Source: Escherichia coli
Lineage (GTDB): Bacteria; Pseudomonadota; Gammaproteobacteria; Enterobacterales; Enterobacteriaceae
Assembly (NCBI RefSeq): GCF_041886205.1
Contig: NZ_CP169029.1
Strand: one strand, 5' to 3'
DNA: 64,000 bases
Shown here: piece after piece, positions 24,517-34,430 of the stretch
Numbering within the stretch: the first letter of the stretch is position 1
How the letters are laid out: each line of letters begins with the position of its first letter
Made by a program: the position numbers and the translations under genes
The notes under the pieces: generated by a model
The model's database searches: none
The model's input: only the letters and a program-made list of their open reading frames with translations
What the model was told of the DNA's origin: nothing

Positions 24517-25248
24517 TTAAATGCCGAGTGGGAAAATATCATAGCCTTGTTCTTGCCAACTGGTGAGTTGCTGTTGTTGGGCGGAGGTTCGATTTTCACC
24601 GCACCACACCAGCAATGTACGGCCTTCAAACAGTTCAGGGCGTAGTTGATTGAGTGAGTGGGCGAGGACATCAATGCGCCAGCCTTGTTGACTGGCAATC
24701 CAGCCCTCCAGCCACAGACGGGTGGTATCGTGAATATTCCAGCCAACCACCAGCGCATCTTTACCCTGTTTTTTACGTGCCGAAGCCAGACAGATGGCGA
24801 TGTAGTTGATCAGTACGCCGTCGAGGATCGCCAGCAGCGCCTGGAGAGTCGGTTGTTGGCACTGAAGCCGTCGGCGCAGAGGAATAAACAGATGTGTGGT
24901 GAGTGTCTGGGCGGGGTAATCCTGACCACGCTCTTTGATCCACGTTCGCAGGCTATGCAGATTGCCGCTTTGCAGGTAAGTCAGTAATGTTTCTTGCTGA
25001 TCGCGCCAGCCATTCTGCACATCAACATTTTCATTACTGAGCAGCATTTTTACTTTGCTGACCTGCACGCCGTTGTCGATCCAGCGTTTAATCTCGCGGA
25101 TCCGGTCAATATCGGCATCGTTGAACAGCCGATGACCGCCGTCTGTCCGTTGCGGTTTCAGCAATCCGTAACGCCTCTGCCACGCGCGTAACGTGACAGG
25201 GTTAATATCACAAAGCAACGCCACTTCACCAATTGTGTAAAGCGCCAT
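24517..25248 (-). CDS. mlrA: MerR-family regulator of csgD/curli, MlrA
   Basis: 243-aa ORF. MerR HTH YTIGEVALLCDINPVTLRAWQRRYGLL. Confidence 0.92.
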   Translation of the reverse strand: MALYTIGEVALLCDINPVTLRAWQRRYGLLKPQRTDGGHRLFNDADIDRIREIKRWIDNGVQVSKVKMLLSNENVDVQNGWRDQQETLLTYLQSGNLHSLRTWIKERGQDYPAQTLTTHLFIPLRRRLQCQQPTLQALLAILDGVLINYIAICLASARKKQGKDALVVGWNIHDTTRLWLEGWIASQQGWRIDVLAHSLNQLRPELFEGRTLLVWCGENRTSAQQQQLTSWQEQGYDIFPLGI

Positions 25249-25469
25249 CGTCTCACCCTTGCTCGCGAGGTCCCGGTTTAACTTTAGACGCAGTTTTGCG
25301 AACCAGGTAGTTTTGCCCGTTTTTTGTGCATCTATAGGGTGATTTTATTTTTGCCAGGCGATTTTGAGTGATCATACTCACGAATTCTCATTTTTCTGCA
25401 AGAGTTCAAAGAAAGTTAAACGCAGGCAATGTATGTTACGCGTTTTAAAGGGAAGTGTGGTTTGCGGGT

Positions 25470-27155
25470 ATGTACGATTTTAATCTGGTGTTGCTGCTGC
25501 TTCAGCAGATGTGCGTTTTTTTAGTCATTGCATGGTTAATGAGTAAAACGCCATTATTCATACCGTTAATGCAGGTCACGGTTCGTCTGCCGCATAAATT
25601 TCTCTGCTACATCGTCTTTTCCATCTTCTGCATCATGGGCACCTGGTTTGGGTTGCACATTGACGATTCTATTGCCAATACCCGTGCGATAGGCGCGGTA
25701 ATGGGCGGCTTACTCGGCGGTCCGGTCGTCGGTGGGCTGGTTGGTCTGACCGGCGGGTTACATCGATATTCGATGGGGGGCATGACCGCGTTAAGTTGCA
25801 TGATCTCGACCATCGTTGAAGGATTGCTCGGCGGCCTGGTACACAGCATCCTGATCCGCCGCGGGCGCACTGATAAAGTCTTTAACCCCATTACCGCCGG
25901 TGCCGTCACGTTCGTCGCTGAAATGGTGCAAATGCTGATCATCCTGGCGATCGCCCGACCTTATGAAGATGCGGTGCGTCTGGTGAGTAATATTGCTGCG
26001 CCAATGATGGTCACCAATACCGTCGGCGCGGCGCTGTTTATGCGTATATTGCTCGATAAACGCGCGATGTTTGAAAAATACACTTCGGCTTTTTCTGCCA
26101 CTGCGCTGAAAGTGGCGGCCTCGACGGAAGGCATTTTGCGCCAGGGGTTTAACGAAGTGAACAGCATGAAAGTGGCACAGGTGCTGTATCAGGAGCTGGA
26201 TATTGGTGCAGTCGCGATTACCGATCGAGAGAAATTGCTGGCCTTTACCGGAATTGGTGACGACCACCATTTACCCGGCAAACCGATTTCTTCGACTTAC
26301 ACCTTAAAAGCGATTGAAACCGGTGAAGTGGTCTACGCTGATGGCAACGAAGTACCTTATCGTTGCTCTTTGCATCCGCAATGCAAACTGGGGTCGACGC
26401 TGGTAATTCCGTTGCGTGGTGAAAATCAGCGGGTGATGGGCACCATCAAATTGTATGAAGCCAAAAACCGTTTATTCAGTTCAATCAACCGCACGCTGGG
26501 CGAGGGGATTGCGCAACTGCTTTCGGCGCAGATCCTCGCCGGGCAATATGAGCGGCAAAAAGCGATGCTCACCCAGTCAGAGATCAAACTGCTTCACGCC
26601 CAGGTGAACCCCCATTTTTTGTTTAATGCGCTTAACACCATTAAAGCGGTGATTCGCCGCGACAGCGAACAGGCCAGCCAGCTGGTGCAATATCTTTCCA
26701 CTTTTTTCCGCAAAAACTTAAAGCGGCCTTCGGAGTTTGTTACTCTCGCCGACGAAATTGAACATGTGAACGCTTATCTGCAAATTGAAAAGGCGCGCTT
26801 CCAGTCGCGGTTGCAGGTCAACATTGCTATTCCGCAAGAATTATCCCAGCAGCAATTGCCCGCGTTTACCCTGCAACCGATAGTGGAAAACGCCATTAAA
26901 CATGGGACATCACAACTGCTGGATACAGGGCGAGTGGCAATCAGCGCCCGACGTGAGGGGCAACATTTGATGCTGGAGATCGAAGACAATGCCGGTTTGT
27001 ATCAACCGGTAACCAATGCCAGTGGGCTGGGGATGAATCTGGTGGATAAGCGTTTACGTGAACGGTTTGGCGATGACTATGGGATAAGCGTCGCCTGTGA
27101 GCCTGATAGTTACACCCGAATAACGTTACGACTACCATGGAGGGACGAGGCATGA
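25470..27155 (+). CDS. btsS: LytS-type sensor histidine kinase BtsS (YehU)
   Basis: ATG start [13 protein letters not shown] gives 561 aa. 5TM-LytS N-terminus, GAF region and the histidine-kinase box [10 protein letters not shown]. Confidence 0.92.
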
Positions 27156-27871
27156 TTAAAGTCTTAATTGTCGATGATGAACCGTTAGCACGGGAGAATC
27201 TGCGCGTATTTTTGCAGGAGCAGAGCGATATTGAAATCGTTGGTGAGTGTTCAAACGCCGTGGAAGGGATCGGCGCGGTGCATAAACTGCGCCCGGATGT
27301 GCTGTTTCTCGATATCCAGATGCCGCGCATCAGTGGTCTGGAAATGGTGGGGATGCTCGACCCGGAACATCGTCCGTATATTGTTTTTCTCACCGCGTTT
27401 GACGAATACGCTATTAAAGCCTTTGAAGAACATGCCTTTGACTATCTGCTGAAGCCAATTGATGAAGCGCGACTGGAGAAAACGCTGGCGCGTTTGCGTC
27501 AGGAACGCAGCAAGCAGGATGTTTCGCTGTTACCGGAAAATCAACAGGCGCTGAAATTTATCCCTTGTACGGGGCATAGTCGGATTTATTTGCTGCAAAT
27601 GAAAGATGTGGCATTTGTCAGCAGTCGGATGAGCGGTGTCTACGTTACCAGCCACGAAGGGAAAGAGGGCTTTACCGAATTGACATTACGTACCCTGGAA
27701 AGTCGTACACCACTACTGCGCTGCCATCGTCAGTATCTGGTTAACCTCGCGCATTTACAGGAGATTCGTCTGGAAGATAACGGCCAGGCCGAGTTGATTT
27801 TGCGTAATGGCTTAACCGTGCCGGTCAGCCGCCGTTATCTGAAAAGCTTAAAAGAGGCGATTGGCCTGTAA
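27152..27871 (+). CDS. btsR: LytTR-family response regulator BtsR (YehT)
   Basis: Start [16 protein letters not shown] gives 239 aa. ATGA overlap with the btsS stop. C-terminal LytTR domain. Confidence 0.92.
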
Positions 27872-27917
27872 AAGACTGCTAAAATGGCTTTTTGCCTCAT
27901 CAACACCTGAAGGCCTC

Positions 27918-28388
27918 ATGCTAAGTAACGATATTCTGCGCAGCGTGCGCTACATTTTGAAAGCCAATAATAATGACCTGGTGCGTATTCTGGCGCTGGG
28001 TAATGTCGAAGCCACCGCGGAACAGATCGCCGTCTGGCTACGTAAAGAAGACGAAGAGGGTTTTCAGCGTTGTCCGGACATTGTTTTGTCGTCATTCCTC
28101 AATGGCCTGATTTATGAAAAACGCGGCAAGGATGAGTCTGCTCCGGCACTGGAGCCGGAACGTCGCATTAATAACAACATCGTGCTGAAAAAATTACGCA
28201 TCGCGTTTTCGCTGAAAACCGATGACATTCTGGCGATCCTCACCGAACAGCAGTTCCGCGTTTCGATGCCGGAAATTACAGCGATGATGCGTGCACCGGA
28301 TCATAAAAACTTCCGCGAATGCGGCGATCAATTTTTACGTTATTTTCTGCGTGGACTGGCAGCGCGCCAGCATGTGAAGAAAAGCTAA
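27918..28388 (+). CDS. yehS: DUF1456-family protein YehS
   Basis: Internal start MLSNDILRSVRYILK gives the known 156 aa. Internal duplication of a roughly 70-aa module. Confidence 0.85.
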   Translation: MLSNDILRSVRYILKANNNDLVRILALGNVEATAEQIAVWLRKEDEEGFQRCPDIVLSSFLNGLIYEKRGKDESAPALEPERRINNNIVLKKLRIAFSLKTDDILAILTEQQFRVSMPEITAMMRAPDHKNFRECGDQFLRYFLRGLAARQHVKKS

Positions 28389-28428
28389 GACGGGTATGGC
28401 GGCCATGCGAAACATGGCCGCCGACAGA

Positions 28429-28890
28429 TTATTTCACTTCTTTAAAACCAGCGGCTTTCATCACCAGTTCCATTTGCGCCATAGTGATACCTTTTTTGGC
28501 ATCTTCAGCAGAAACGTTGATTCCTGAAATACCCTGCAGGGCTTTAAAATCCACTTTTTCCATATCGATAGTCACGTTTTCCTGCGCGTAGGTATCGGTA
28601 TAGGTTAATTTTTCTTCAACACCCGCGATGTTTTTGTATTTGGCGCTTAACGGCTCAAGTGTCTTGGCAGCATCTTCTTTGGTGGTTGCACCAATGGAGG
28701 CAAATTGAATTTTGGTTTCAGAAGATTGCTTAAGCACCTTGTCACCTTTGTAGACATAGGTAATGGCAATTTCAGTGCCGTTCAGATTGGCGCTGAATTT
28801 CTTCGATTCTTCTTTGTCACCGCAGCCAGCAAGAGAGAAAACCAGAACAGATGCAACAACGAGGGAAAACAGCTTATTGAAAGCCTTCAT
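28429..28890 (-). CDS. yehR: Lipoprotein YehR (DUF1307)
   Basis: Start MKAFNKLFSLVVASVLVFSLAGC (lipobox), 153 aa. Confidence 0.88.
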   Translation of the reverse strand: MKAFNKLFSLVVASVLVFSLAGCGDKEESKKFSANLNGTEIAITYVYKGDKVLKQSSETKIQFASIGATTKEDAAKTLEPLSAKYKNIAGVEEKLTYTDTYAQENVTIDMEKVDFKALQGISGINVSAEDAKKGITMAQMELVMKAAGFKEVK

Positions 28891-29014
28891 GTAAAACTCC
28901 ATTTTATTTAATCAAGAAACTGGTGACTCTCACCAGGGGCTATATAGGATATGCCTAATACCGTGGCGTGAGCAGTCCGGAACTGGAGTAGAACTCTTAG
29001 TAAAAAGCACTATT

Positions 29015-31015
29015 TCATCCTTGTTGCTGAAGCATGGGGAATAATTGTTCGCAAAGCAAAACACCGTTATTCATTGCTTCTACCCGAGCCTCGCTTTCTG
29101 TATTACGAAATTGTGCCAATACATGTGCCAGCCGATAAAAACCCATCGCGGTGAGGTCATTCGCCAGCAACTCTGCCTGACCAATAGCACTCTGTTCCTG
29201 ATAGCGCCAGCCGTTATGGAGCAGTTGAATAAGTAACGCCTGGCAGCGCATCAGCAACTGAGGAGCGGTAGACGGCACAGGCAGAACGCTGGCAGAAGGT
29301 AGCGGTGCCACAGGCGTAGTTTCTGCGTCCAGCGCCCAGGCGCGGGTTTTTGTCATCATCACCCGTGGTTCCAGTGTCAATTGCCCCTCAACAAAACTGA
29401 CAAAGCCAGAAACCAGACTCACGGGGTCCTCTGTTTGTTGTAACAGAGCTGCCATGCGTTCAACAGCAAAGGGCGAACAGGTAGAGGCTGGTAGGGATAA
29501 TGTCAGCACGTTATCTTCACCTTCGCCGCTGATTACCTGCGCATCCAGCGTTTGGCGGCTGCTATCCCAACCGAGTGAAATACACTCAGCGACCGGCAGA
29601 ATAAATAAGTTATCGACCTGATTAAGAGGCCGTATGCAGGCGGGGGGACGCTGGCGTAAATATTCCCGCAAAGCCACAATGCCCGGCTGGCGTAACGGCG
29701 CGCTCAACATTTGCCAGGCATCAGGCGACAGCGGCACAACGCTGCTTAAGCGGTTGCGGGTAGCTAACAGCAGCTCGCCATCGGCACTGCGTTTTGCTGC
29801 TTGTGAAACAATTTGCCCGCCCGCTAGTGCGCCAGCCTGAAAACTAAACAGCCGACGCGTAGCTGCCGGTGAGTTTTCCTGTTCACTTCGCGGCCAACTG
29901 CGCGAAAGGTGCAAAATACTGCCGGTGTCGGGATCGGTAAACCAGATGCGTAAACCATAATGCTCAATATCCTGCCAGCAACGCATACCTAAAGACACCA
30001 GCCGCAGATGATCAAGCTTTGCTTCTCCGGCAATGCCAGAGCCAACGACCGTGCGCCACGGCACAGGAGGAACTTCACCAATACTGTCGCGCCGGGCCAT
30101 CTCTTGTGCGCAATTTAATCGACTGTTTAATGCCGCAAGCTGACGTAAGCATTCTCCGGCATGATAGTGGCTGGCGCGGGCGTGGAAGGCATCAACGCTT
30201 GCCCGTAGCTGTCGTAGTGATTCACTCACCCATCGCCAGTTGCAGCGTTCCGCCGCCTGCTGCGCGCGACTAAAAGCGGCCTCGTAGTGAATAAGCGGCT
30301 GGCTGATGCCGCCCAGCCATAATGCCTGGCTTAATTGCTGAACATATTGACGACACGCGTTACCCTCGTCGTTGGCAAACGGATCGTTAGATGATGTGAC
30401 GTGTTCGCTGCGCATCTGCCAGATTAAATGAGTCAATTCCGCTTGCTGCGCTTTTGCCTGGACAAAGGCCTGTACTGCCAGTACGACATGTTCGCAAAGT
30501 GTGCCTTCAATACAATCACAACGGGCGAAACGAATGCTGCTACGGGAATAAAAACGCACATCGCTCATCGGTAAGCGGGCAGAGGGAATTTCGCCCGGCG
30601 TACAGAACAACTCAATGGTGATGCCTTTAGCGACCAGCGCCTGTGCGCGTTTGCGGGTAGCATCGGGAAGGGTAGCCAGTTCTTCCAGCCAGATTGCCGG
30701 ATCCCACTCTTCTTCTTTTTCCGTAGACTGAGTGGTGGCACAAAGTCGTTGATAACTTAACACCAGCATCACGCGATGACGGCACATACCGTTGGCCCCG
30801 CAACTGCACTGAGCCTCTTTCAGTGCCTGGCCGTTCGCCAGCTGGGTACGGACACCGTCACTGAAGGTGGCGATTAAAGCGTCGTTCTCATGGCTGATCT
30901 CCGGGACGTTGCCATTTTCCAGTTCCTTAAGACTGCGCTTAACAAAACCGGCATTGCTTAACGCCGTCAGGGCCTGCGGTGTCAGTTCTAATAATTCCGG
31001 ACGTAGTGAATTCAT
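29015..31015 (-). CDS. yehQ: SWIM zinc-finger protein YehQ (two SWIM motifs)
   Basis: The start MNSLRPELLEL at 31015 makes an ATGA overlap with the yehP stop. Two CxC-x5-CxH motifs: CSCGANGMCRH and CDCIEGTLCEH. Confidence 0.85.
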   Translation of the reverse strand: MNSLRPELLELTPQALTALSNAGFVKRSLKELENGNVPEISHENDALIATFSDGVRTQLANGQALKEAQCSCGANGMCRHRVMLVLSYQRLCATTQSTEKEEEWDPAIWLEELATLPDATRKRAQALVAKGITIELFCTPGEIPSARLPMSDVRFYSRSSIRFARCDCIEGTLCEHVVLAVQAFVQAKAQQAELTHLIWQMRSEHVTSSNDPFANDEGNACRQYVQQLSQALWLGGISQPLIHYEAAFSRAQQAAERCNWRWVSESLRQLRASVDAFHARASHYHAGECLRQLAALNSRLNCAQEMARRDSIGEVPPVPWRTVVGSGIAGEAKLDHLRLVSLGMRCWQDIEHYGLRIWFTDPDTGSILHLSRSWPRSEQENSPAATRRLFSFQAGALAGGQIVSQAAKRSADGELLLATRNRLSSVVPLSPDAWQMLSAPLRQPGIVALREYLRQRPPACIRPLNQVDNLFILPVAECISLGWDSSRQTLDAQVISGEGEDNVLTLSLPASTCSPFAVERMAALLQQTEDPVSLVSGFVSFVEGQLTLEPRVMMTKTRAWALDAETTPVAPLPSASVLPVPSTAPQLLMRCQALLIQLLHNGWRYQEQSAIGQAELLANDLTAMGFYRLAHVLAQFRNTESEARVEAMNNGVLLCEQLFPMLQQQG

Positions 31016-32148
31016 GACTGAAGATTCTCCGCAAGCCATGATGCCAGCTCGCCCGGCGTCATGGCGGCTATTTGTGCGCCGACATTAACCAGCGCCTGGG
31101 CCGTATCGTGGTCATAGCAAGGTGTTGCGTTGCTATCGAGCGCCGCCAGTCCCAGCACTTTGATGCCGCTCTGGACACACTTTTTCACCTGATGCGTGAG
31201 TAATGATGATGAACCCCCTTCGTAAAAATCGCTCACGAGGATAATGACGCTTTTTGCTGGTTGTTCAATAAGTTGCCGACCATATTCCACGGCACTGGCG
31301 ATATTGGTTCCGCCGCCTAATTGCACTTTCATTAATAACTCTACCGGATCGGCAACGTCTGCCGTGAGATCGACGACGCTGGTGTCAAACGCCACCAGAT
31401 GGGTACGAATACCGGGTAACTGCCATAAACAGGCCGCCATCACCGCTGAGTGGATCACCGAGTCCACCATTGATCCGCTTTGATCAACCAGTAAGACCAG
31501 TTGCCATTGTTCACTGTGGCGCTTAATACGGCTGTTAAAGCGGGGGGATTCGATATACAACTTGCCGTGTTGCGGGTGCCAGTGTTGCAGGTTGGCGCGC
31601 AGAGTACTTTTGAAATCAAAGTTTCGCGCCAGTAGAATAAATGAGCGGCGACGGCGATCGCGGACACCAGAAAAAGCCTGACGAACCTCCTTTGCCAGTT
31701 GTGCCATAATTTCTTCCACAACCTGGCGCACTATCCGGCGGGCGGCAGCCAGTACTTCGGGATTCATCAGATGTTTGGTGTGCAAAACGGCGCGTAGCAG
31801 GCTTTCAGAAGGCTGCATACGTTCCAGCACGTCGAGATTCGTCACCACATCTTCAATGCCATAGCGCAGTACGGCATCGCTTTCCAGCCGCTCAATCACC
31901 TGTTGCGGAAACAGCGTGTGAATACTGTTGATCCACTCAGGAGTGGTGAGATTTGAGCCACCTAATCCACCGGAGCGTTCACCACGCTGGAGCCGTTCAG
32001 GATCGCGCCCATACAGCCACTCCAGCGCGTGGTCTATCTGCCGGGCGTTGTCATCCAGCCCACAAAGGGTCGTTTCTGCCGCTTCGCCAAGAATTAATCG
32101 CCAGCGTTGTAGCTCACGGGTGGTCAGAAGATCGTTCAGTTCAGACAT
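31012..32148 (-). CDS. yehP: von Willebrand factor A domain protein YehP
   Basis: Internal start MSELNDLLTTRELQRW gives 378 aa. MIDAS motif DQSGS (LLVDQSGSMVD), plus the later GGGT and SDFYEG elements. 8-nt overlap with the yehM stop. Confidence 0.87.
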   Translation of the reverse strand: MSELNDLLTTRELQRWRLILGEAAETTLCGLDDNARQIDHALEWLYGRDPERLQRGERSGGLGGSNLTTPEWINSIHTLFPQQVIERLESDAVLRYGIEDVVTNLDVLERMQPSESLLRAVLHTKHLMNPEVLAAARRIVRQVVEEIMAQLAKEVRQAFSGVRDRRRRSFILLARNFDFKSTLRANLQHWHPQHGKLYIESPRFNSRIKRHSEQWQLVLLVDQSGSMVDSVIHSAVMAACLWQLPGIRTHLVAFDTSVVDLTADVADPVELLMKVQLGGGTNIASAVEYGRQLIEQPAKSVIILVSDFYEGGSSSLLTHQVKKCVQSGIKVLGLAALDSNATPCYDHDTAQALVNVGAQIAAMTPGELASWLAENLQS

Positions 32149-34420
32149 GGAAAACTCCCCAGTGTTGCAGCGATGCCAGTGCCTGCTGTTCGAGTTGTTG
32201 ATGATGTGCAATGGCTTGCGGTGGACAATGCAACGGTATTTGCAGCGCCGAAACGGGAAGTTGCGCCAGTTGATAATGCTCAAGCACCTGATGCGCCAGC
32301 GTCCCGCGTTCTCGTGGTGGTAGCCAGGCCATCGCCGCGCGTAAATCGGGCAGGGCATTGATAAAATCGGCATCACTCAGTTGATTTAAATGACTGCTGA
32401 AACCGGCGATAAATGCCGGCTGACAAGCCAGTTGATGACGGGCTAATGCCAGCAAACCGTGCAGCGCCTCGCCGGATTGGGCCGGGGATAACTGCGTCAG
32501 CATTGTCAGCGCCGCTTCGGCACTAGCGTTGGGATGTTCCAGACGCATCAGTGCGCCAAGAGTCGCGCCGCGATCCAGCGCCGGGGCATGAATCGCCTGA
32601 CTGCGGCGCTCCAGTAAGGCTACCGCCGCAGAAAGCGAAACGCCGGATAAGTTAACGCCGCTATGTAGATCGCGCAGGATATGGCAAAGCGCTTGCCAGC
32701 TATGCAGGTGAGCGTGAAACTCCTTTTCATCCGGTCTGCCGTTGGATTCACACAGCCACAGCGTGCGATCGATAGCCGCGCATAACGTCGTTTGTAATAT
32801 CTGCGCGCCTTGCATACCGCTAATTTCATCCAGCCGCCATAAGGCATATAGCACTTCCAGCGCCTGGCCCATTTCGGCAAATTGATTTTCCTGGGCGATT
32901 AATAATGTGAGTTGTTCCAGTAATTGCTCACTAAAGCTCGCCAGGCCCGCTAACGCCGCCTGGCTAAGACATGCGGTAATGCTGCCGATTCCACCCGCGT
33001 CCAGCATATCGGCTTCTAATTTATTGCGTGCGGCTTCCTGGAGTGTTGCACCAAAGCAGGCGGCCTCAATCAATGCCGCATGCTGGCTAAGCGGGCGGGT
33101 TAATTTCCAGCGTTCTTCACCGTTGCCTGCAAGTGTCAGTGTACTTCCCTGCTGGCGTAAAATCCCTGGGATCTCCAGTATTGCCAGCCGATGTAACACC
33201 TGACTTTGCGCTAGTCCATTGGGGTTAAAGCGATTTAAGGTAAGCTGCGCCGGAAGAGAGATTCCGGTACGTTCCAGTTCGCAGGTGACATCTTTTGGCA
33301 GAGGCGGTTGTGGCGTGGAGGGGGCAAGTTTACCGAATCCGTCACCCGCTAATGTGTCTATCAACGTTAGCAGAATCGGATCGGTATCGGGATGAATAAC
33401 TCCGCGATAGCTCCACGGCAACGGCGCGTTCAAGGCTTCTTTAATCAGCGAGCCTGCTATGGCATCCAGCCAGTCAGTGCGTAACGGTAGTGTATGACCG
33501 CGCAACTGTGCCAGTGCCATTGCATGCAGATGTGCGGCAGCCATATCAGCGGTAGAAGCGGGCAATTTGTGCTGGCGCAAACGGGTGAGAACCGTTTTTA
33601 GCAGTTGTTCTCCCGCCTGCTGTAAGCCCCACTGCCAGCACCAGTTTTGCCAGACCGGAGCAGGCATTCCGGAAAGGTATCCTGCCAGCACATCAAGGCG
33701 CTTTTCGCTGTATGGCGTGAGATAACAACCTGTAACGGCATCATCCTGTGAGGGCAATTCTGGCTTGTTAATTTCCTGCGGGCATTCGCGCCACATTTTT
33801 GCCAGTGCCGGAGCGTGCCAGCCACCGCAGACGACTAACACGTCGCCATTGTTTTGCAGCATCGCCCATCCAATCCAGCGGGCCATAAAGGCTTCGCGCT
33901 GACGATTGAGAGCATCTCCGGGGGAATCGCCCCGCAGTTGGGCAAAATAGTGCGCCAGCGCAGAGGGTAATGCAGTTTGCTGGCTTTCATCTTCGAATAA
34001 GTGATCCCACAGGGTGTCGCTGTTATCCATGCGGGTGGCACGCAGCAGCAAGGCCTGGCTTTCCTCTTGCGTATCAGGCGAATCGTCCTCTTCTTCACTC
34101 TGCGCCCAGCAAGGCAAATCGATGAAGTAAGTTTGTGCCTGAATACGACGTGCGGCTTGTAGCGCCTGCCACTCCGGCGAAAATTCAGCAAATGGCGTCC
34201 AGGCACCGCGCCCGGGGGCCGTACCGTCCTGATACTGGCAATAACTGTAAATAGCTACCGGAAGCTGGTGGGCTAAAAACAGTTCGTCTACCCGGTCATT
34301 AAAATCAGCCGGGCCTTCAATCAACACGTATCGTGGCCGCTGGCTTTCGATTAACGATTTCACCAGCCGGGCGCTGGCCGGGCTATGATGCCGGATGCCG
34401 ACAATTAACGGCTCGCTCAT
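32141..34420 (-). CDS. yehM: Large uncharacterised protein YehM (759 aa)
   Basis: Internal start MSEPLIVGIRHHSPASARL gives 759 aa and lies 10 nt after the yehL stop. I can see no recognisable catalytic motif. The C-terminal half is mostly helical and Leu/Ala-rich. Confidence 0.85.
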   Translation of the reverse strand: MSEPLIVGIRHHSPASARLVKSLIESQRPRYVLIEGPADFNDRVDELFLAHQLPVAIYSYCQYQDGTAPGRGAWTPFAEFSPEWQALQAARRIQAQTYFIDLPCWAQSEEEDDSPDTQEESQALLLRATRMDNSDTLWDHLFEDESQQTALPSALAHYFAQLRGDSPGDALNRQREAFMARWIGWAMLQNNGDVLVVCGGWHAPALAKMWRECPQEINKPELPSQDDAVTGCYLTPYSEKRLDVLAGYLSGMPAPVWQNWCWQWGLQQAGEQLLKTVLTRLRQHKLPASTADMAAAHLHAMALAQLRGHTLPLRTDWLDAIAGSLIKEALNAPLPWSYRGVIHPDTDPILLTLIDTLAGDGFGKLAPSTPQPPLPKDVTCELERTGISLPAQLTLNRFNPNGLAQSQVLHRLAILEIPGILRQQGSTLTLAGNGEERWKLTRPLSQHAALIEAACFGATLQEAARNKLEADMLDAGGIGSITACLSQAALAGLASFSEQLLEQLTLLIAQENQFAEMGQALEVLYALWRLDEISGMQGAQILQTTLCAAIDRTLWLCESNGRPDEKEFHAHLHSWQALCHILRDLHSGVNLSGVSLSAAVALLERRSQAIHAPALDRGATLGALMRLEHPNASAEAALTMLTQLSPAQSGEALHGLLALARHQLACQPAFIAGFSSHLNQLSDADFINALPDLRAAMAWLPPRERGTLAHQVLEHYQLAQLPVSALQIPLHCPPQAIAHHQQLEQQALASLQHWGVFHV

Positions 34421-34430
34421 GCATCTTTCC

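Noticed and set aside
28398-28422. 10-bp-stem hairpin ggcggccatg/catggccgcc between the convergent yehS and yehR, considered as a terminator
   Set aside because: No U-run follows it on either strand. It may still act as an RNA-stabilising hairpin or a Rho-dependent site, but I cannot support an intrinsic-terminator call.
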